DNA of 62,270 nucleotides, filler included, from Dugesia japonica (taxonomy: Eukaryota): NCBI GenBank assembly GCA_001938525.1. It is 7 parts of 7 records of this genome, joined end to end, with 100 filler letters (N's around TTAATTAATTAA, not from the genome) between each part and the next. Parts side by side here need not be neighbours in the genome. Positions count along the whole stretch, not along the records: positions 53,352 to 62,270 come from MQRL01605860.1; 6 more parts are not named here. One strand, written 5' to 3'. The position numbers and the translations under genes are program-made. Below are positions 56,438-62,270 of the stretch, one piece after another. How positions within the stretch are numbered: position 1 is the first letter of the stretch; every line of letters begins with the position of its first letter. Below the pieces are notes generated by a model. The model worked only from the letters and a program-made list of their open reading frames with translations, made no database searches and had not been told where the DNA came from.

Positions 56438-56620
56438 ATGTCAGATAAATTATATCATACCTTACGCTGGATTGGAAAACAGCGACAAAGTTGTCGGACA
56501 AAACAGTTGATAGCGCACCTCCTCACCAAGGGGCAAATTGAACACCCTGACGAAACAGATCTTTGCTGTTTCGCCGAGTTGTACCCTGTAGAGGTGAAAG
56601 TAGACTTGGACGAGGAGTGA
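56438..56620 (+). CDS. Cassette ORF1, 60 aa, unknown
   Basis: ATG lies 1 nt after the acceptor TTTTTTTTAG (56436). AATAAA follows at 56659. Confidence 0.5.
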   Translation: MSDKLYHTLRWIGKQRQSCRTKQLIAHLLTKGQIEHPDETDLCCFAELYPVEVKVDLDEE

Positions 56621-56748
56621 CATCGATTGTGTATTAGTATCCGTAAGGTGATTTCCTGAATAAAACTCTGTGTATTGTATTAATAATTGCATTTAAATGA
56701 CTCTTAAAATTTTATTTGTGGTTTATTATTATTTCATTATTCTTAGAA

Positions 56749-57105
56749 ATGGAGTCAATATGGGAGAGAACCGTAGATAGGAGAACGCGGCGAATCGTTT
56801 TCCGACGGCACCGCAATCCCCACAGTCGTGATGCAGGGATTCTAGCGGATAGAAGCAATCTGCCTCCCATAGAGTCAATTGTCGCACGTATAAGAGACTT
56901 CGGCGAGCGGCAGCAGTACCAGAATTGGACCAGGCCAGATCGCACCTTCGCGACCTCTTTCCAGTACCAGCCTCCTGCCCCTCTCCCCGCTCCGGCCATA
57001 CAGGCGTTCATAACTAACCTTCTTTGGGGGATTAGAGAACCGTCTGGAGTCATTGACAGTGAAAATACAGCCCCTAATATCGAAAATATTAATCCTGATA
57101 CCTAA
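56749..57105 (+). CDS. Cassette ORF2, 118 aa, Arg-rich N-terminus and Pro-rich segment, unknown
   Basis: Acceptor TTCTTAG (56746) is followed by AA-ATG. The frame reads MESIWERTVDRRTRRIVFRRHR...QPPAPLPAPA. AATAAA at 57124. Confidence 0.6.
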   Translation: MESIWERTVDRRTRRIVFRRHRNPHSRDAGILADRSNLPPIESIVARIRDFGERQQYQNWTRPDRTFATSFQYQPPAPLPAPAIQAFITNLLWGIREPSGVIDSENTAPNIENINPDT

Positions 57106-57255
57106 ATTTTGTCTGTTGCTTAAAATAAATGAATAGGTGTTTAAATTTTGTCTTCTTGTATTATATTTCTTTCGTTGCACAAGATAAGTTTTCGTTTTAT
57201 AAATATTATTCAACTAGACCTTGTAATTGTCATATTTAACAATCATAATATTCAG

Positions 57256-57614
57256 TGCATTCTTCTCTGAACAATTCTCAAGCTCCCCATAAAAAGTTAC
57301 GTGAGACAAGTGAAGATCTCGATCTCACATGGGATCTTTATAGATTAGCCAAAAGGCGATGGGAAACAGAGATCGCCGCGGCCGACGCTAAAGTAAAACG
57401 CTGCAAGCAAAAATGTTTAACTTTTAAAGCCGAACTGGACGCCACCCAGAAGCAAGAGAGGGTGTGGAAGTCCCAGGTTGAAACATTTACCAAGATTGTC
57501 CATTCTTATCAGGAGCGGGAGAATAGTTTGATGGAAAATGTATTGAAGCTGAGAGCAGCTACTCCTTTGGCCCCTCTCTGGATAGATAAGGGCACTCAGA
57601 CCAACCGCTCCTGA
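57256..57614 (+). CDS. Cassette ORF3, ~119 aa predicted coiled-coil protein ending in LC8-type motif DKGTQT
   Basis: Phase-1 acceptor ATTCAG|TG. The C-terminal part is conserved in copy B with synonymous changes. AATAAA at 57643. Confidence 0.75.
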
Positions 57615-57725
57615 GTGTCATGTTTACTAATTGATTGAGTTTAATAAACTATTTGTATCTTTGCTAATTGTCTTTTCTAATTATGAACTTGAGTTTTCGT
57701 CAGTTTAATTATACTTTTCATTCAG

Positions 57726-58108
57726 TGCCACGAATTAACTTTCCCAATAGTATCCGGAGGTGCCATAGAATTATGCGCCGCTTACTGGTCGAACGGCACC
57801 TAAAACTTAAGACAAATAGGGCATTTATGAAACAATTGGATCAGTGTGATCAATTAATTAAAAAATTAGATTTAATTGTCAAAAAGCAAAATGACCTGGC
57901 GGCTCAAACTAAAGCTTTAGAAACCGAAACCAAACAACTGTTGATGCGGAAAATAGAATTCTTGAAACAATACATCGCCGATCTGACCCGCCAAATAGGT
58001 AATCCAACCTGGATCCAGTGGAATGATAATGGCGATATCGCCGCCTTTAACTTCTCGATAACCGACCCGGATCAGAGGTTAGATCCCGGAGCACTGGAAC
58101 TGTTATAA
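57726..58108 (+). CDS. Cassette ORF4, ~127 aa basic, predicted coiled-coil protein with acidic aromatic tail
   Basis: Acceptor TTTTCATTCAG|TG is conserved in copy B as TTTTCATTTAG|TG. RKIEFLKQYIADL is identical in both copies. ATTAAA at 58201 is conserved. Confidence 0.75.
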
Positions 58109-59099
58109 ATAATTTTTGTGTGTGTATGAAAGAAAATATATATAACTAACCTCGTATTTTCTTCTTTGCTGACAAGAACAGAGAAAAGATTGAACCCGAA
58201 ATTAAAGGTTTTTGGGTGTGTACCTCTAATCAAGAATGACGTTAACCACCATGAACTGAAGACCTACTCTAGGGACGGTAGGATAAATTCTTGAACGGGT
58301 TCCCCTGAGGGCTGTTTTTTCCCCAGCCACTTTATTTTTCATTCAATTCAGGTGGGACCCCAACATTATTATCCTCATAAATAAATCTAAGAAGTCATTA
58401 TACTTAAAAAAATGACAAAAAAAATAATTTCTCAACTTAGGAATAACATATACATAATCAAAAAATAAAAAGATTTATCACAAAATTTATTTCATCATTT
58501 AAACTAAAATCATCGTCTTCTTCTTTGGCAAGCTGAAACCATTAAAACAGCAATTAAATACGTATTATTTAATTATTAATTTTGTAATGATAAACCTGAT
58601 GATTTATTGATTCNAAGTTAGTCTGCATAACTTTGTTTGGTTCTTCATCACCGTCTCCATCTTTGTTGGATGCATTTAAATTTTATGTGCGTTTAGAAAA
58701 ACGAGTTAAAATTTTTGTGTGATTAGTGATAGTATTTTTAAAATCTTTTGTTGAAAAGAAAGATTTAAAGTATTGATGGAGAATTTAAATAACAAATATT
58801 TTTTTCGATGATAAATTAAAGCTTTTGAGTAAAAGAAAACTTTAAATCAATAAATAAAATGTTGAAATAAATTAAATTAAATTAATTTTAAATAAATTAA
58901 GTTTAAATTAAAAAGAATTCATAAATGATAATTTGATAATAAAGTAAATTTTTATTAAAATTTGTAGCGTAAAAGAAAATTTGTCTTAAATTTTAAATAA
59001 ATAAATAAAATGTTTGAAATAAATTAAGTTAAATTTAGATAAATAAATTACAGTTTTCGATTTTGAAAAATGATCACCAATGAAAACACAGGATTTTAA

Positions 59100-59690
59100 T
59101 ATTTTTAAATAAATAAATAATGTTAAGCATAGTTTTTATTTGAATAAATTTTATGGAATTGAATTTTGATTTTGATAATCCTAGTTCACAAAACTCATCT
59201 AACATATTGATATCTATTTGTTTTAAACTGATCCCTTTCCCCTTCATTGTCATAATAGCACCTGATTTCTTCAAACTTTAGCACTTTGGCCTTAAGAATA
59301 CCCATTCAGTATAATCTTTACTTTCTCTCTCATCTTTAAACAATCCAATTTTGTTGGTCACATAGTTGGAATAGAGTGGATAATCTTTTGAGTAATTGCT
59401 TGTATCCAAGAGACCATCCGATTTTATATAAGAACCGAGTTAGTTTCTTTCCGCCCCAGTACATGATAAGAAAACGCTTTCCGTATCTCCAGCAATAATA
59501 TCAATTTTTCAATGAAATTGTTAACAATATCTTTCTAACTCTTCATTTTGGAGCCTATACATTCGTAATTTACTCAAATCCTGAACCACCTGACCAATAA
59601 AACTTGGTCTATCTATGTATATGTAGTTTTTGATTCTTAGTCGAATGGTATCAAAAGATTATCATTATATTGTCATTATATATGAACATT
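59100..59690 (-). pseudogene. Polinton/Maverick-type protein-primed DNA polymerase B, C-terminal remnant
   Basis: One frame with stops: DRPSFIGQVVQDLSKLRMY...GDTES...LDTSNYSKDYPLYS...IGLFKDE...EWVFLRPK...MKGKGI. Confidence 0.88.
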
Positions 59691-59879
59691 ATCATTAAAA
59701 TTTAATTTTTCTAGAAAAAATATTTTTTATCGCTGTGTATTAAACAATGTATAGGTATCATTTTATTCAGAGTTGAATGGGAATAGTTTCATCATAGTAA
59801 TCCACTTAATGAAAAATAAATTAATTTGTAACGTTGAGATTTCTTCGGAAGGAAATAACTTTAATAAATTAATTTAATA

Positions 59880-61090
59880 AATTTTAAGGGATATGTTGAG
59901 TTTTCGACAATTTGTTTAGTGGTTTTATGAGGATTTTCATGGATTTTAATGAGAATTTTTAAATTTTACGAATATAAATGAAATTATGGGTATTTCATCA
60001 ATTTAAAAGTTTTTAATTATTGGGTTTTTAATGAATTTTGAAGTATTTATTGTGAATTTATATGTGTTTTATAATGAAATTTTATATAATGTCATAATAA
60101 GTTTGACAAGGGTTTATAGTGCTTTTATATCGGTTTGAAGGATATTATTTAATATTTCATGAATTTTAAGGGGTTTTATCGGTTTCCATGAATTTTATAT
60201 GGTTTATGTGGATTTTTCGTGATTTCTAAGTAATTATTTGGTTTTCATAAGTAATTTGTGGTGGGTTTATAGATGCTTTATAAGGATATTTTATATGAGT
60301 TTGAAATGATGTTACGGGACTATATACGGGTTTCAATGACTTTATCTAATGTTTCATGAAATTTCATGAGATTTAATAGATTTTAGGTAAGTTTAAGTAA
60401 TATTTTGGGGTTTACATGAATTTTAAGGGATATATGAAGGTTTTATAGCGGTTTTATAAAAATAATTTATGAGTTTTTAGTACGTTAATAGGAGTTTTCT
60501 ATAGTTTTCGTGAATATTAATGGATTTACGGATTAATAGATATTTATAAGGATATTTTATATTAGTTTTATATGATGGTATAAAGAGTTTTTAATTGTTT
60601 ATATGGTTTTTTAATGGGTTTTAAGGACTTTATCGAATATTTCATGGACTTTTTAAGGACTTTATGGAGATTTTGTGAATTTTCAGAGATTTATGGGAGT
60701 TTTCTCCAATTTAATGATTCATGGAAATTTCATGAATTTTATGGGATATATGTTACTTTTTACAATTTTTAGTGATTTTATGGGATTTTCGTGAATTCCA
60801 GGGATTATGAAGGTTTCATAACTTTTAAGGATTAATGAAGATTTCATGAATTTTAATGGGATTCTTGTGGAATTTTATTGATTTATTGTGTTTCATAAGA
60901 GTTTTATAATGGTATTTTATATGAGTTTTATATGCTATTATACTAATAATAATTATTTTAACATTGTTTTATCGAGACATTCTACTGGTTTTGAAGGACT
61001 TTATCGAATATTTCATGAATATTTAGTGGTTTTGTGGGGTTTTCGTGAAACTTAGGGATTCATAGAAATTTGAACGCTGATAACTGAATT
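59880..61090. repeat. Strand-asymmetric (T/G-rich) degenerate repeat tract
   Basis: Recurrent TTTCATGAATTTTAAGGG and AAGGACTTTATCGAATATTTCATG, with higher-order blocks near 60270, 60540 and 60900. Confidence 0.75.
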
Positions 61091-61437
61091 TTAAGAATTT
61101 ATTGATTCAATAATTTATATGAATTAGGTTTAAATTTAACTGATTTATTAAAACTTATTAATGCTATTATTTTCTGATACTATTTTATATATACCTATAA
61201 GGTTAACAAGTTTCTTTTTATAGTTAAGAATTAATTATATAATTAAATTATATTAAGAGTATTAAGAATATTAATGTTTGTTTAATCCCATCCATTTAAT
61301 TATAAAGTATATATGTGTATGTATATTAATTAATTTGGGGTATAAACAAATACAAATATTGCTTCGTCATAACTTAAAAACTAAGAATGTAAGTTAAGTA
61401 GGTAGATAGTAGCGCACTGTATCACCCCCCTCCCCTC

Positions 61438-61846
61438 TCAAGGTCAAATTTTTCAAGGTCACTGATACAGTATACTTGTATCTGATTGGTACGTGATTTA
61501 GTATACTCAATTCTTATTAGTGGAAAATTTGAAGGTCGAATTTTCAAGGTCAAACTGATACAGTATACTCTATTTTAATTGGTCGAAATATTTTCAAGGT
61601 CAAAGTGATATAGTACCCTGTGTTCTGATTGGTTGATGGGCTTCAAGGTCAATGTGATATAGTATACTGCGTTGGATTGGTTGATGGGGTTCAAGGTCAA
61701 AGTGATATAGTACACTGCGTTGGATTGGTTGATGAAGTTCAATGTCAAAGTGATACAGTATTCTATGTTCTGATTGATTGATGTGGTTCAAGGTCAAAGC
61801 GATATAGTATCCTATAATGTGATTAGTCAAAATTTTTCAAGGTCAT
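61438..61846 (+). repeat. 48-50 bp tandem array with TCAAGGTCA and GATTGG motifs
   Basis: Units start at 61544, 61594, 61643, 61691, 61739 and 61788, with partial units on both sides. Confidence 0.92.
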
Positions 61847-61994
61847 TTGATTAACTTCATATTTAAATTCCCCAGGGATACTCAATATTTCAATTTCCCA
61901 CGCAAAATTAATATTAATATAATTATTTATTTATTTTGTTTTTGTTTTTTAATATTAGAATTTAAACAAAGTTTTTACTTTATTATTAAATCGT

Positions 61995-62240
61995 CATTTA
62001 AAATTTAAAACAAAAATAATCNNTCGTTATTTAAAACAAAAATAATCATTCGTTATTAAATTTTCATTAAAAATTTAAAACAAAAATAATCGTTCGCTAT
62101 TTTATTTTCATCCAAAATTTAAAACAAAAATAATCACTCGTTATTAAATTACCATTTAAAATTTTAAACAAAATAATCATTCATTATTAAATTTTTATTC
62201 AAAATTTAAAACAAAAATAATCATTCGTTATTAAATCTTT
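61995..62240 (+). repeat. ~44-bp tandem repeat
   Basis: AAAATTTAAAACAAAAATAATCATTCGTTATTAAA, about 6 copies. Confidence 0.9.
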
Positions 62241-62270
62241 ATCCAACCACACAAAAATTTCGATTCGCTT

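Larger units (their letters stand above)
56000..58365 (+). mobile_element. LTR-like element carrying a four-ORF spliced cassette (copy A)
   Basis: It begins TGTCGGGATC and ends GACCCCAACA (8/10 inverted match, TG...CA) and is visibly GC-richer than its flanks. The right end is fixed by homology with copy B, which breaks down just past CCCCAACA. The left end is inferred. No TSD, PBS or PPT seen. Confidence 0.7.

Noticed and set aside
57712-57725. Spliced-leader AUG starting ORF4 at the phase-0 AG near 57703
   Set aside because: That AG is absent in copy B; the conserved acceptor is phase 1.
55488-58680. Possible minus-strand exons (~55532-55608 ending EFIE|GTGAGT; 58480-58680) as the otopetrin 5' end
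   Set aside because: They lie on a different contig, have no clear otopetrin motif, and no consistent gene model could be built.
61544-61846. CRISPR-like periodic array and 76-aa ORF 61600-61830
   Set aside because: The inter-motif segments are homologous rather than unique spacers, the context is eukaryotic and there are no cas genes. The ORF is a by-product of the repeat.

Overview
This is very AT-rich animal DNA with ~45-50 nt introns and a TE content consistent with a planarian or other flatworm; that assignment is inference. The window is not one locus: seven ~8.5-10 kb pieces are joined by N-TTAATTAATTAA-N linkers. The only clear host gene is a partial minus-strand otopetrin (5 exons, 37012-44153). 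Most of the rest is decayed mobile DNA: Gypsy, Penelope-like elements with hammerhead-ribozyme palindromes, Helitron, hAT, mariner/Tc1, MITEs and a Polinton-type DNA polymerase B fragment. The most unusual item is a 2.37-kb TG...CA-bounded, LTR-like element (56000-58365), with a diverged second copy at 7519-8453. It holds four small unknown ORFs in tandem, each with its own 3' splice acceptor and downstream poly(A) signal. ORF3 and ORF4 lack a genomic start codon and would gain one from an A|TG splice junction with a shared leader. ORF3 ends in a conserved DKGTQT motif of the dynein light chain LC8-binding type.
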